Assembly: GCA_035221665.1 (NCBI GenBank)
Contig: CM069135.1
Location: 29,202,001-29,266,000 of the forward strand
From: Okamejei kenojei
Taxonomy: Eukaryota
Direction: 5' to 3'
DNA: 64,000 nucleotides
The position numbers and the translations under genes were made by a program. Of this stretch, positions 49,025-62,964 are shown piece by piece. The notes beneath the pieces are model-generated. The model did not search any database. It saw only the letters and a program-made list of their open reading frames with translations, and had not been told where the DNA came from. Numbering within the stretch: position 1 is the stretch's first letter; each line of letters starts with the position of its first letter.

Positions 49025-51413
49025 CCCCCATCATAACAGCCGTCTACATACCACCACATGCAGGCACCGGCGCGGCACTATCGGTCCTACACGATGTGTT
49101 ATGTCGGCATCAGAACAAGCATCCTGACGCGGCAATGGTGGCGGCTGGGGATTTTAATAGGGTAAACCTCAAGAAAGTTATGCCTAACTTCAGCCAACAC
49201 ATTACATGTGTCACCACGGGGGAATTAACTTTGGACCACTGTTGTACACCATTCAAGAAAGGATACAAGGCCGTTTCTCTCCCTCCTTTTGGAAAATCTG
49301 ACCATGTCGCCATTTTCCTGCTGCCAGTGTATAAACAACGGAAAGTACGGGAAGCGGCAGTGACGAGGGACGTAAAGCGGTGGTCTGACCATTCACAGAC
49401 AATGCTGCAAGATGCACTGAACGATGTCGGCTGGAATATGTTCCAATCAAGTTCCAGAGATGTCAGTGAGGTTGCAGAAGTTGTCACGGACTTCATAGTA
49501 ACACTGGTCGACAACATCGTCCCCACGGTAAGGGTCATCTTCTTTCCTAACCAAAAACCCAGGGTTGACAGATCCATTCACGTCGCTTTGAATTACTGCT
49601 GCTTACAACTCTGGCCTGGCATCCGGTAACATGGATGACTACAAGGCAGAGTCCTATCGACTGCGAAGGGCAGTGAAGGATGCAAAAAGGAGGTACAGGG
49701 ACAGACTACCAGAGCAGCCCCCCCCCCTCATCCGGGAGTGCCGCCGCCTCCTTAGCTGATGACCTGAACTCTTTCTATGCACGATTTGAGGTGGGCAACA
49801 ACACCCCTAGCTTGCCTGCTAACAACAACATCGTCAGCACGCTGGCTAGCGAGGCTGGAGTGAGGCACACTGCTGGGGATGAGCACACATTCTCGGTGTC
49901 CGAGCACGACGTGAGGAGCGCTCTCTCGAGTGTGAACACGAGGAAAGCTGTAGGCCCAGGTGGTATATCTGGGCGAGTACTAAAGTCTTGTGCTAATCAG
50001 CTAGCTCCAGTGTTCACCACAATATTCAACTTCTCCCTGGCCAAGTCCATGGTCCCTACCAGCATCAAGAGATCCACTATGGTCCCAGTGCCTAAGAATG
50101 CCTCTCCAGCCTGCTTGAATGACTACCAACCAGTGGCCCTCACCTCAGTGGTCATGAAATGCTTCAAGAGGCTGATCAAGGACTACATCTGCGCTTTCTT
50201 CCCTCGCACCATGGATCCGCTGCAGTTCGCATACCGTCCGAACAGATCCACGGGTGATGCGGTCTCCCAGACTTTGCACACCACACTCTCGCCTTAATAG
50301 TCAGAAGGGGGGCTGCCGTTCATTGATTTCAATTCAGCTTTCAATACGATAGTCCCCACCAGACTTGCTGATAAGCTGCTGTAACTGGGACTGAACACTC
50401 CCCTGTGTGCCTGGGTCCTGGACTTTCTGACCACCAGGCCCCAAGTGGTCAAGATGGGGAGACAAACCTCCAACCCCATTACCCTGAACACAGGAACCCC
50501 CAGGATTGCGTCCTCAGCCTCCTACTGTACTCCCTGTACACACATGACCGTGTGGCCAGGCTCAGCTCCAACTCCATCATCAAGTTTGCTGATGGGCCTG
50601 ATCTCCGATAATGATGAGAAGGCCTACCTGGAGGAGGTGGCTGACCTGGCACTCTGGTGTCAGAACTACAGCCTCCTCTTGAATGTCATTAAAACTAAGG
50701 AGCTGATTGTGGACTTTAGAAGGGCTCAACATCCGAGGACGTACACGCTACTGGGGATTAATGGGATTACTGTGGATAGGGAGAACAGCTTTAAATACCT
50801 GGGAGTCCACAGCACAGAGGATTTGATATGGACAACGCACACTGCCACGCTGGTGAGAAAGGCAAGGCAGTGCCTTTACTACCTCAGGCAGCTGAGGAAA
50901 TTCAGAGACTCTCTGAGGATCCTTGAATCCTTCTACCCTGTGCTGTAGAGAGTATCCTGACCAGAAACATCTCTATCTGGTTTGGTAACAGCTCTGCCCA
51001 GGACAGGAAGGCTCTGCAGAGAGCAGTGCGCTCGGCCGAACGCACCATGGGAATTACACTCCCCCCCTCCCCCCCTTGCGGGACTTATACACCGGGGGTG
51101 CAGATCCAGAGACTGCAGGATTATGAAGGACCCCCATCACTCCAGCAACGGACTGTTCCAGCTGCTGCGGTCAGGGAAGCGCCCCCGCTGTCACGCAGCA
51201 AAAACAGAGGCTGAGACGGAGTTTCTTCCCATAGGCCATCAAGACTGTAAACTCTGATCTCACCAGGGCGTAAATACTGCTGCCTCTTTTAATGTAAATC
51301 CTGGTTTTGTGCTGTTCTGTTCTATTGTTTTGCACAATCCCGCAAGCATTGCCACTTTCATTTCACTGTACATCTCGTATGTGTATGTGACAAATAAAGT
51401 TGACTTGACTTGA
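49025..51413 (+). mobile_element. Rex1/Babar LINE, 5'-truncated and degenerate
   Basis: AVYIPP, AGDFN, LDHC, GKSDH (APE); LNDYQPVALTSVVMKCF, DPLQFAYRPNRST, DFNSAFNT, KFAD; AATAAA plus (TTGAC)n tail. Confidence 0.93.
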
Positions 51414-51984
51414 TTTTTAGTTTAGTTTAGAAATCTAACATGGAAACAACTTACTTGGCCCACCGAATCGATCACCCATTCACACTAATTCTATGTTATC
51501 TCACTTTATCATCTACTCCCTATCCCGTTAGGGACTATTTTACAGAGATCAATTAAGCTACCACCGTGCACGCCTTTGGGATGAGGGAGGTAACCGGAAT
51601 ACCCAGAGGAGACCCACGCAGTCACAGGGAAAATGTGCAAACTCCACATAAACAGCAGCTGAGGTCAGGATTGAACCCAGGTCTGTTGCACTGTGAGTTA
51701 TCAGTACCAGTTTGTGCACTCTTTTCCATCGGATACAGCAAGGAAACTGGTCCTTCGGCCCAATGAGTCCATGCTGACCATCGATTGACCCTTCATACTA
51801 GTTCTATGTTTTCTCACCTTCGCCTGCACGTCCTACACATTACATACCACTCATGGAAGAGTCTACGGTTCCCATGTGGCCTCATCAGGCACTTCAGAAA
51901 CCATAGAATCAGAGCAGAAAAGATCACCATTAATCTGAAGGAACTGCACAAGAAGAAGAAGAACACAAAAAGCGAATCAAATTA

Positions 51985-52290
51985 TGGTGGCACGGTGGTG
52001 CGGCAGTAGAATTGCTGATTTACAGCGTTCGCAGCGCCGGAGACCCGGGGTCTATCCTGACTACGGGTGCTGTCTGTTCGGAATTTGTACATTCTCCTCG
52101 TGGCTGCGTGGAGGAATGCACACATTGGAGTCTTTGGAGCGCGGTTTCCTCCCACATATGTAGGTTCATTGGCTTGGTTGTGAATTGTTCCTGGTGGGTG
52201 TAGGATAGTGTTAATGTGGAGGGTTCGCTGGCCGGCGCGGACTCGGTGGGCCAAAGGGCCTGTCTCTAAAACTAAACTAAAACTAAAGTC
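51985..52290 (+). mobile_element. tRNA-derived V-SINE (HE1-like)
   Basis: GGTGGCACGGTGGTGCGGCAG head, V-core, (CTAAA)n tail. Confidence 0.8.
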
Positions 52291-55200
52291 ACAAAACAAA
52301 TCTTAAAGTTGCCTTAATCAATCATGAACAAGTATGAAGAATGGCTCCGACTCGAAATGTCAACCTACTCCTTTTCTCCAGAGATGCTGCCTGAGTTGCT
52401 CCAGCACTTTGTGTCTATCTGAATAAATCATTATTGTATTTTTTCCACTTTAATGGTGTTGAACTCAAATTGCAGCTGCCCAGGAGATGTGGGATATCAT
52501 TTAAAGCATGGGGCAAGTGCAAAAAAACAAAAAAAAACAGGAGTGGGTGAGAGAGAGGGGCAATGAGGGTGAGAGGGAGGGCTGGCAGTGGCACATAGAT
52601 CCCCAGTCTCATGGAGTGAGTCCCTGTGACAGAGTGTGTCCCCAGCTCCTCGAACCAGAAGCAGCTTCTGGACCCCGATCCTGATCCATGCCCATTCACA
52701 GAGGCCTGATCTTCACAGTTGCCTCCCTCGGTGCTGCAACGCTGCTATGATTCTAATCCGACATCGCTACGCTCTTGCCTCGTGTGATCACTGAAGGGCA
52801 GAAGCAGCAAATAAAAATACAGTAAAATGGCGCTGATTCCCGGAAATCTCAAACTGATCTTAAGCCATGAGCCCAACGCTAGAATTCTATCCTTTACGAC
52901 ATTATGATTAATAGGAAGAATGTCCTTGCAGCCTGTAAACGAAGTACGTTTTCAACCTGTAACATCTGTGAAGGTAATTTAGAGGATGTTTCTTTCATTT
53001 TCTTTACTTTTTGACCTTCTTGGTCCCTCTTGCATAACATTTCATTTCCTGACCACAAGGACTGCAGGAAGCCTTGCCTCCTGGCAACATCACTCTCGGA
53101 CAGCCTGCCAAGAAGTATGCGTGAGAGGTGTGGATTGATGCCCTATGCAGACCTCCGTCTTGAAGCTCCTTGCTTCCAATTGCTCCCTCCCTTGGCAGCT
53201 TGGCTTTGATCACCAGCTCTGCAGGTGGGGGAAACATAACTGTTAAGATTTTGCCACATCACCCCACGCAGCAGAGAGAACATGACTTCATCACCTTTGA
53301 GCACTGAAGAATCCTGGCTTACATGCTATCTTTGAAGAAAACTGTCTATAATAATATCACATTTTCTTCTTGAAAGAAGCACTGACTTTCATTGTTGAAA
53401 TCTGGATGAATTAGCTGAATTCCAAAGTCTGGTTCTTTATTCAAACCGTATTCGTTGTTACTCGTGGTAGTTTTACAACCTAAAGGTTTTCTTATGAAAG
53501 GTGAATGCTACCCAGAGAATCATTGGAAAATGCTGCAAGCGGGAAAATGGTGTTGAGTATTCCTGCAGATTATATTGTGCAGAGACACCCACCTCTGCTC
53601 TTTCACTCAAGAAGAACGACATATTAACATTTTTGGATTCTTGTTGTTAAATTCTAATTAATATAACAGTGCTTCACAGGAATAGATTCTTCAGCCCATG
53701 ATGTCTGTGTCGAGCATGATGCCAATTTAAACTAATCCCATCTGCCTGCACAGAGTCTGCAAACTACCATTCCAGTCTGTCTAAATTCCTCTTAAACTTG
53801 CTATTGTATCTGCTTCGACCACCTCCCGTGCAGTGCGTTCCAGGCAACTACCACCCTCTGTGTAAAAATGTGCCTCCTAAAACTCCTTTCAACTCTCCCC
53901 CTTTCACCTTAAAGCTATGGCGTCTATTAATTGACGTTTCCACTTTAAATGAATAAGACTGACTGTTCACCCTGTCTTATGCCTCTCATAGGTTTAGGTA
54001 TGATAAATATTTTATTTAATTTCTAACTTGATCAGAGTGAATTAAGAATGTTATGGATTTATAAAATATATTGTAGAATAGAGTAAGACTACTGAATTTG
54101 CATCTGAGCCTACAAATCTGCAGATTAGAACAGGGATTAGAGAAAGTTGCTGGGGTGAATATCGCTGGCTGCATAGAGTTGCTCTGGTCTTGAGGTAAAA
54201 CTACACGTAATCTCAGACTTTGCATATGTTGCCGATCATGCGAGTTTGAGATCAAGTGACTGTTGGCACCCCATCTCACTGACACTCTGATACTATATCA
54301 AAACAAACCTGTAAGGATTGAGATTCTGTGCTTACAGATAACAGGCAAAGCAGAATGATAAGAGTAATTAAATAATGTGGATATGGGGAGAAAGCAGGAA
54401 TGGGGTGCTGGTTTTGGATGATCAGCCATGATCATATTGAATGGCGGTGCTGGCTCGAAGGGGCCGAATGGCCTACTCTTGCACCTCTTTTCTATGTTTC
54501 TATTTTTCTAAATTATCTTATTTTCTGTTCATAGATTATTTAACTATTTCTAGTGCTTTTGTGTTTTTAATTAACTAAATGAGAAGTTTATTAGTTTATT
54601 CACTCACTTGCTCTTTATAAATATCTCATACGTTTTAAGGAGGAATCCCAAAAACTCCATGGCATTGAACACAACGCATTGGCGTAACTTAGGGAATTGG
54701 CCAGCATTTTGGAGGATATGGACAAGCAACCTTTTATGGGTTGGGACCATTCTTCAAACCCTTCCCCTACAAGGCTCCATGGCATTGTTGGATCTGAGCA
54801 TGGATAGAGTAGATTGTAGGAAAGGAGAGGTAGAGGGCGTTGATTAGGATAAGGGGGCAAGAGTTTTAAAAGGGATCGGAGTAGGTATCTTTTCACCAAG
54901 AGAGTGTTTGAAATCTGGAACATGCTGCTGAGGGGGAATTAAAAATTCATACGTGTCTTAATGTGAACTTGAATGACCAAGACATAGAGGACTACAGATC
55001 AAGGGCTGTCCTGCCGATTGCTAACCATTTTAACTCCCCTTTCCATTCCCATACTGACTGCAGCTAAAAGCTGCAACATGACATCCTGGCTCTTATACAC
55101 AATGTCTCAACAGGTGAAGACTTATACCATCCACCTTCTTTCCCACTCCATCTACCTGTGTTGCCAATTTCAGCGAGCGATCGACTTGAACCCCCAAATC

Positions 55201-55686
55201 CCCCTGCACATCAATCCTGTGCTTCCTCTGCCACATAGGAAGAGATGCTCATACATTTCTCATCTGCAACATTGATCTGGGACCTAGACTTACTGGCACC
55301 ATTCAGCAGCTGTCTTGTTATATACAGAAACACAAACTTGACCAAAATGGCCTTACAATGCATGAATCCTCTGCTAAAGTTTGGTTCTATTTTGGCCAGG
55401 ATTTACATTCTTCCCTTTTATCATATGATAACCATCATTTATGATAACTACACTGGTGACTGTTACATTCTATCAAACATATTAGCAACAAGATGATGAT
55501 GTACCTTCCCAGAATCTCATCAAGCTTCCCAAGTTTTCATGGGCGCAGCTTCATGAGTTCCATCTGATGAGTCTTCACCTCCTGAGTTTTCGTGGGCGTA
55601 AATCCCCTCCATCTGTGTTGCCAATTCATCTGAGCTTGATCCATAGTAGAGTATAAAGTACCTAGAAGAACCTGAGATAAAGTAAG

Positions 55687-56800
55687 TTAGCCGTCCATAC
55701 TTCCACTGATACTCTTACAGTGGTGGAGATATACCCAGGCATTCCTTTTATCCATTGTCAGCAGAAGGCCTCTCTCTGTACACTGCTCCTACTCTATGAT
55801 ACATTCCTTCCCACACTATGATTCTAGCTAAATGTAGTCAGTTATCTCCGCAGTCACATGGTGGTTTCCAATGAAGGTTCCTCATAAATAGAGAGTCAAC
55901 AAAATAGAGAGAGTACAGAGGAGATTTACTAGAATGTTGCCAGGGTTCTAGCAACTCTGTTACAGAGAAAGGTTGAACAAGTTAGGTCTTTATTCTTTGG
56001 AGCGCAGAAGGTTAAGGGGGGACTTGATTGAGGTCTTTAAAATGATAAAAGGGATAGACAGAGTTGACGTGGATACGTTTTTCCCATTGAGGGTAGGGAA
56101 GATTCAAACAAGAGGGCATGACATGAGAATTAAGGGACAGAAGTTTAGGGGTAACGTGAGGGGGAACTTCTTTACTCAGAGGGTGGTGGCTGTGTGGAAT
56201 GAGCTTCCAGCAGAAGTGGTGGAGGCAGGATTGATTTTAACATTTAAAAGTAAAGTGGATAGGTATATGGACGTGAAGGGAATGGAGGGGTATGGAGGGA
56301 ATGGAGTAGGTAGATGGGACTAGGGGAAAACAAATGGTCGGCACGGACTGGAAGGGCCGAGAGGGCCTGTTTCCGTGCTGTAATTGTTATATGGTTATAT
56401 GGTTATATGAATTTCAGCTGGGTTCAGTCCAAATTTCCCTACAGGCATGACTCTTACTCAAAACAACCATGGGGAATGCTTCAATTCAGCCAAATTCAGT
56501 CTCAGCCTTTAATTTACCATTTTGAGTTTCAGGGCCTGTCTTACCCCTTATCAATTCACGGCTTGTGGTTGATAAGCACAATTCAATTCAATTGCTGTGG
56601 AATTCCCAGCTGTTTAACTTCATCAATTTATTTCAATATATTGTGGATCATTATTTAAAATCAAGCCAAATAAGGATGCCAAATCTAGCGACAATTTTCT
56701 TTACACCTTGATAATAGTAGCCGCTTTATTATCAAGGGTTGGATGAATTTCGATCCACCGGTCAAATACATCGACTCTGACAACAAGTACCCACTCCCCT
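55687..56800 (-). pseudogene. Retroviral integrase remnant split by a CR1 insertion
   Basis: Manual translation across frameshifts: WVLVVRVDVFDRWIEIHPT; IVARFGILIWLD; QLGIPQQL..CAYQPQA; GLNPAEI; after the CR1, KRNAWVYLHHCKS. Confidence 0.75.
55895..56409 (+). mobile_element. CR1/HER1-like LINE 3' fragment, same young subfamily as 2063-2870
   Basis: Near-identical peptide (FPLRVGKIQTRGHDMRIKGQ.FRGNVRGNFFTQRVV) and (ATATGGTT)n tail. Confidence 0.95.
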
Positions 56801-57833
56801 CATACTTCTTCTAACCCAATCCAACTGTTTCTAGCAACTCTTTTTCTAAGTGGTCAGCATCGACTTCCTGAAGGGAAGCTTTGTCATTTGCACTTCCTCA
56901 TTTCTTATTATTTTTATGCCATCTCTCACGTTCCTTGGATATTCATTCATGTTCTACAATATTGGACCTCTGCCAAGTTCTGTCCTTCCCTTGATTTCTC
57001 TAAACAATCCTTCCCATCTCTGTCTGTCTGTCTGTCTGGGGGTGAGACAATATAATATACCAGGTTAATACTCAATTCCAAATACTTTTAAGCCATATCT
57101 CATAAGCCATTTCCAAACATCAATTTTTTAAGTCCTTCCAATACATTACTATACAATTTGAGGGATCTAATTTAGAGATGATCAATTTTACCTCACTCCC
57201 CAGGTAATGGCGTGTAATGGGTAGTACTGTCCTGAAGGCACAACAACTCAACAAAAAGTTATTAAACAAGTTTACAATTGCTCATATTCCTCACTCCTAC
57301 ACCCTCCTGCGCAATATATTCCTTTCTTCCTCTCCCTAGTGCCAATCTGAATTCTTTTTACTTCTTTTTCTTTTTCTTTTGACACCAGCTACTTTGTCTC
57401 TTTTCTTAGTTTTTTTACTTTTTTTAATGCTCCCTTTGTATCGGTGGGCTGTTCTTGATCCCACTCTGATACAATTAAGGCAGTTTTTTGGAATGCTACC
57501 TCTTCTTTATAACTTCCTTCCAGGTATTTGTAAGGGTTTTTCATTGTTCTGATTTTGAATATTGTTTTTTATTATTTCCCCTGGACCATCTCAGTGTTAT
57601 GAAGAGGGTATGTTCTATTCCCTCAGATTTCATTCATGGGTTCTGAGGCAGGGGCCAGGTTACTTTGTCCACACTTTGGACTGGCTGGCAGATCAGGACA
57701 ACAGAAATGGATTTGACTGGGATAAAGGTGTTTGGTTTCCCGCCCCCTGATCCTCTGGCCAGCGTCCTCTCCTTTGATCTTCAGGGTCCCAAGTGTCCCT
57801 ATATCCCCAATGGATCTACCGACTTCTTGGACC

Positions 57834-58571
57834 TCATGACCCTCTCCTTCGACCCCTTCCTCCTCTTCGTTCTCTCATGGGGCAAGCTTTGCTCCAATGC
57901 CACGTCTCTCCACAGACATAACACTGATCTGGCCTAACTGTTCTGTAACTTCTCCAGTGGAACAGAGGGAAAACAGGCTCCCGAACAGGCATGTCCATGA
58001 GATAATTGGGTGGGATCCAAGCCTCAAACTCTTCTTCTTTTGATTTAACTTCCAATTTTGTATCAATTCCACTGGTCCCTGGAACTAATTTGTGAGGCAG
58101 TAAAAACAGCCTTTTCTCTTTTGTTACCCCCCTCACTAAGGCTTCATATGTAGGGTACCCTAAAGTTGTCAAGAATTTAGCGTATTCCTTAGGGGTGATC
58201 AATCGTTTCACTGTCTCCCGTAAGCTTCGAGAGTCAGGGTGAGTTTCATACAGATTGAGTTTCAAATATTCCCCAAATGAAGTAGATAAATGGTTTCCAT
58301 CTGGATTTTTATTCATGGTCGTTGTTGAACTGGGCTCCGATGCAGTGGGGGTGTCTGTAGCCCGGGGATGGTTTGCACCTACTGTACTATCCAAATCAAA
58401 ATTAGGTGTAGGCACCTTCCTAACAGGGAATTGCCTATGGGGAATTTGTTCTGCTTCCATGATACTGGTGATATCAGGATTGGCTATCTTATAGCCCGTT
58501 CTTGTCTCACCCTCAGAAGCGCTGCTTCCTTTGCTAAAGGGATCCCTATATTTTGTAAGTGATTCCTTCAA
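57834..58571 (-). pseudogene. Gag-like ORF fragment with CCHC zinc knuckle
   Basis: CYVCGETWHWSKAC matches CX2CX4HX4C, followed by R/G-rich RERRGGRGRRRG; an upstream fragment is likely at 58857-59126. Confidence 0.72.
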
Positions 58572-60969
58572 TTCTCCTGCTGTCTATTTAATTTGTTCTG
58601 GTACTGGCTTACAAGGAACCTTATTCCTTGCTCCCTGACTCACTACACTATCCTTTGCCAGTGAAGCAATCAGGGCCAGAGAATCCTTTTCCAATGTCTC
58701 CGTTCCAGGCTTAAATTTAGTGTGTGGAGTCAACGATGCCTTTGACTCCACTCGAGCGCCCTGTTCACAAGCTGCACAAGGTACCTTACGACTAGAAACA
58801 TGAGAGGGTTGAGAGGAAGGCTGTGATTCTATACCAAAATAATCTGCCCATCTTTTTCAATACGGGGCTCCCTTCCCTTCAAGGTCCACACTAACCACCG
58901 CGTTCTTGCTAAATTTAATTGTCGTCGGGGCCAATTCCCCTTTAAGAGTCTCTGCTCTTCCCTGCTCCTGCTTTTGTTCTTTAATATCTTTCTCTTTCTT
59001 TTTAGAAATACCCAGAGAAGGACCAGCTCCAGCTTCCTCCAGCTCTATCCCCAGTGTTGAGGCTGCCTTCCTCCAATTTGTTAGCCTAAAAACTTCTTTG
59101 TTCACTTTCCTCTCCGTATAATACATTCTCCATACTTCTATAAGTTTGTTTCCTTATTCACTATCCCCTCACTGCCGGATAATTTTCTCTATGTACCTTA
59201 TCCCCGTCACTGACTCCAGGCCACCCATCGGCCATAATTCACTTCCTAACTCTTTGTTTGACTTTCCCAAAAAATGTCATAACCTCTTGGCTTTTTGAGG
59301 GAATTCATTACATATTATTTGTAATGGGCTTTCAGAAGTGGTAGTTATATCCTTCTCCAGGCTATCCCCATGTCTTTGCACAATAGAAACAATAGAGGTA
59401 CGTTTCTGAGTCACTCACACCTCTTCAATAATTCACTCCTCCCTTTCAGTCTCCGAGGTTACCAAGATCGCTCCTGGACAATAGCCAACGTCTCCAAAAC
59501 AGTCTCACACCTTTCTCACAAAATAACACAGTCAATCTTTCCAATCTACTATTCAATCGCTATTCAATCGTTCTGTTCATTTGCTCTATTCAATCGCGCA
59601 CCCAACTCTCTTATCAGTTCCTTCTCATTCACAACCACTCATCCAACTTGTAAACAGTTCCAGAAGAATCCTCAGTCTCCCAGATTAAGGTGCTTAATAT
59701 TCAAATATACTTTTTTAGCAGCAGTCTCTCACACTCAAAATACTTTAATTTAACGTAGACAAATAAACCTAAACCACGCAAGCAAAACTATACCCAAGCA
59801 AGAAACTATAGCACCTATTATAAGTAAACAGAAACACACTCCAATATAAACTACAAGTATTCACTTATTATCACAAGTAAATCACACTCTATTTTAATTC
59901 CTCCTGGTGTTGTGCTTGGTCAACGGAACAATCCCTTCCCCAAAGCAATCGATCTGAAGGATACGAACCCTGATCGAACAACCATGAATCGGACTCCAAT
60001 AATAATAATACGATCCCAACTAAATTCTTATATATTCACTTTAACCCACTTTTACCCCAGTTTTCTAATACCCCAAATCTTTAAGCAATACACAATCAGT
60101 ACAATGAAACAATTCACGATCTTAACACACTCCAAATGTATTTTACAAGCATCAAAGTATTTATACAAAATTCAACTCTGAAAGAAATATGTACACATGA
60201 AATTTATTAAATTCTACCACCGGCGATGCAATACACAACACACACAATACAGCAATAACAGCAATCTTTAATATACAGTTTCCAAAAGCAAATCACAATA
60301 TTTCAATCCCGCTTTGCACTTCTATCAACCAGTAAACCTCTCCCTCCGCTACAGGCAAATACTATTATAACTTTTAAGAAACATTTAGACAGGTGCATGG
60401 ATAGGATAGATTTAGAGGGATATGGGCCAAAGGCAGGCAGGTGGAACTAGTGTTGATGCTAGTCAGTGTGGCCAAATTGGGCCGAAGGGCCTGTTTTCAT
60501 ACTGTATGACTATGACTCTAGGGATGGGGACGAGGTCACAATGGAGAAATGTCAACTTTAAAGTAAGTGGGTGTGATTGTATTAACTGGGTAATGTCATA
60601 GCATTCACAAACATTCTGGAATTACATTTTTCCCTGCTGGAGAATTCCATCATTGTATAGTAATCACTTCTATGACCCAGTTATAGTCTGGTAAAGCAAC
60701 CTTCATATAAACCCAGATGTTTAGTTTATATATATGATGAACTTGCAAGCCTTGTTCAATTACCAGTTAACTTGGGTTTTTTTCCCTCCAGAATTTGTTA
60801 TGTTTAAAAACCAATTCATTTTAATTTAGTTTGCCGGATTGAACAACAATGTGCTCAAATTATTTTCTGAATTGTCATAACATTTTAAATATCTCGGATG
60901 AAACATTACCTTGTCAGATGGCAAATTCAGGGCTCCTTGTTGCAATTTAAGATTTTGCAAACCTGACAA

Positions 60970-61280
60970 CAGTTTAGTGTGTTTAGAGATACAGCATGGA
61001 AACAAGCCCTTCAGCTTATCAAGTCTACCACCACCTTCACATTAAGTATCCCATTTTCTCATCCACTCCCTACAAACCAGGGGCAATATACAGAAGCCAA
61101 TTAACCTACAAACGCGCATATCTTTCGATTTGGGAGGAAACCGGAGCACCCGGAGGAAACCTATGTGGTCACGGGGAGAACGTGCAAACTGCACACAGAC
61201 AGCAACCAAGGTCAGGATGGAACTCGTGTCTCTGGCGCTGTGAGTCTGCAACTCCACCAGAAACGTCACTGTGCCGCCAC
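60970..61280 (-). mobile_element. tRNA-derived V-SINE (HE1-like)
   Basis: Reverse-complement V-core (CACGGGGAGAACGTGCAAACT) and head. Confidence 0.8.
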
Positions 61281-61807
61281 AGGTTGGTGAGGATTTGGTT
61301 AAAAAATGCTGGAGGTCAGTAGTAAAACTCTGGTAGCAGAACAGAGCAAGAATGGAACAAGAATTAATCCCTATTACATCTGGAGCCCCTCACAAGTAAG
61401 GGAGACTGGAAATCTGCAGGAACAATGATTGCCTTGAAAGATCTGAGTACAGGTTAATAGCTGTTTTCATAAATGCTGTTAACATTTGCAAAAATAATAA
61501 GAATACCCTACGCAACAATGCACCTATTAAGAACCAGAAAGTGGGGTCAAATGAGGTATTCAGTGAAAAATATAAATTAACCCCATCGCCACCAATGAGA
61601 CTGAAAGCTTACTTTAATCAGGCTTTTGATAGAACGATACACTTGCCACTTAATTTGCATTCCATCCATGCTCACATTTTCAAAGGGATAATATTCAGCT
61701 TTTATGCTACTGAGCATCTGAAGGTAGATGTGAATGGACAATAAAAGCAGGTGGATTCAGCAGATCCCACTGACCCATTTCAAGAACCAAGTGTGTCAAT
61801 GCAAACA

Positions 61808-62300
61808 CAAAGAATTGCAGATGCTCTATTACAAAAAAAAAGACACAAAGTGCTGGAGGAACTCAGCGGGTTAGGAGGTATCTCTGGAAGACAATCATAG
61901 GCGATGTTTCAGATCGAGACCCTTCTGCAGACTGATTATAGTAGGATGGGGGGAGGAAAGTGGAAAGTGGGGGGGGAGGTGGGGGAAAGCTGAGGAAAAG
62001 AGGTGGGGCGGGACAAGGCTTGGCAAGTAACAGGTAGATGTGGGTGAGGAGGGGTTTTGATGAGCAGATGGATGGACAAAGGCCAGAGATGCAAAGAAGA
62101 CAAAAGACTGTAATAAGAGTGAAGCCAGAGGAAGGGATAAAGATGGAAGATGCCAGGGAGAAGGAGAGAAGGAATGGATGATGTTTTGGGTCGAGGCCCT
62201 TCTTTGGACTACACTCTTCATTCTCTAGAGATGCTGGCTGTCCGGCTGAGTTACTCCAGCATTTTGTGTCCATCTTCACCAGTATCTGCAGTTCCTACAC
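61808..62300. repeat. Penelope-derived repeat with tandem and inverted pseudo-LTR pieces
   Basis: GAATTGCAGATGCT..GACACAAAGTGCTGGAG arm, two decayed ribozyme cores, inverted arm at ~62220-62300. Confidence 0.7.
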
Positions 62301-62964
62301 AGTCCTGGTTCCCAGCTATTTTACTGTCGAGCTTCCTTTCCAAGTATCGAAATTACAGTTGAATCCGCTTCCACCACTTTCCAAATCACAATTCAATGTG
62401 TAAAAAACATCTCCCCATTTCTCATAGGGATGTTTCATTGCTTATTTTAAATCCGATCTTCCTGTCGGGTTGAACAGTTTGCCCTAGACTTTGCTACCAA
62501 AAGCCTTTGTAACATCTCTGCTAAATTTCCTCTGAATGCTCCCTGTTCCAAGCGGAACAATCCCAGCTTCTGTAGTCGCTAAACTGCTTGATCGTGACCT
62601 CATTCAAGTAAATCCCTTCTTCCCCAATTTTTCCAACCAGCAGCAGTACCTAGAGATATGATGTCAGCCTATTAAGATGCACTGCAAGATCTACTGCATG
62701 CGAAAGAGTGAGAGCAGCAAAAGAAAATGAAAACACTGCCCATACTGGAAATTTGAAATAAAAAACCCAGACAATACTGGAAACATTCAGCATCTCAGAT
62801 AGCATCTCATAGAGACATGAAACAGCATAAAAATAGAATATTTTGCCCAACTTGTTAATGCAACCAAGATGCCTATCGACACTAATTGCATTTTCCTGCA
62901 TTTTGCTTATATCCCTCAAAAATGTGCCTATCCATGTCCCTATTCAAATGTCTTTTAAATGTGG

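Larger units (their letters stand above)
55230..60345 (-). mobile_element. Degenerate endogenous retrovirus-like element (gag, integrase, PPT; no recognisable RT or env)
   Basis: CCHC knuckle ORF, integrase motifs and PPT followed by TGT, all on the minus strand; outer boundaries uncertain. Confidence 0.7.

Noticed and set aside
56706-56738. 11-bp inverted repeat CCTTGATAATA / TATTATCAAGG
   Set aside because: Lies within the integrase remnant with no TSD; probably incidental.
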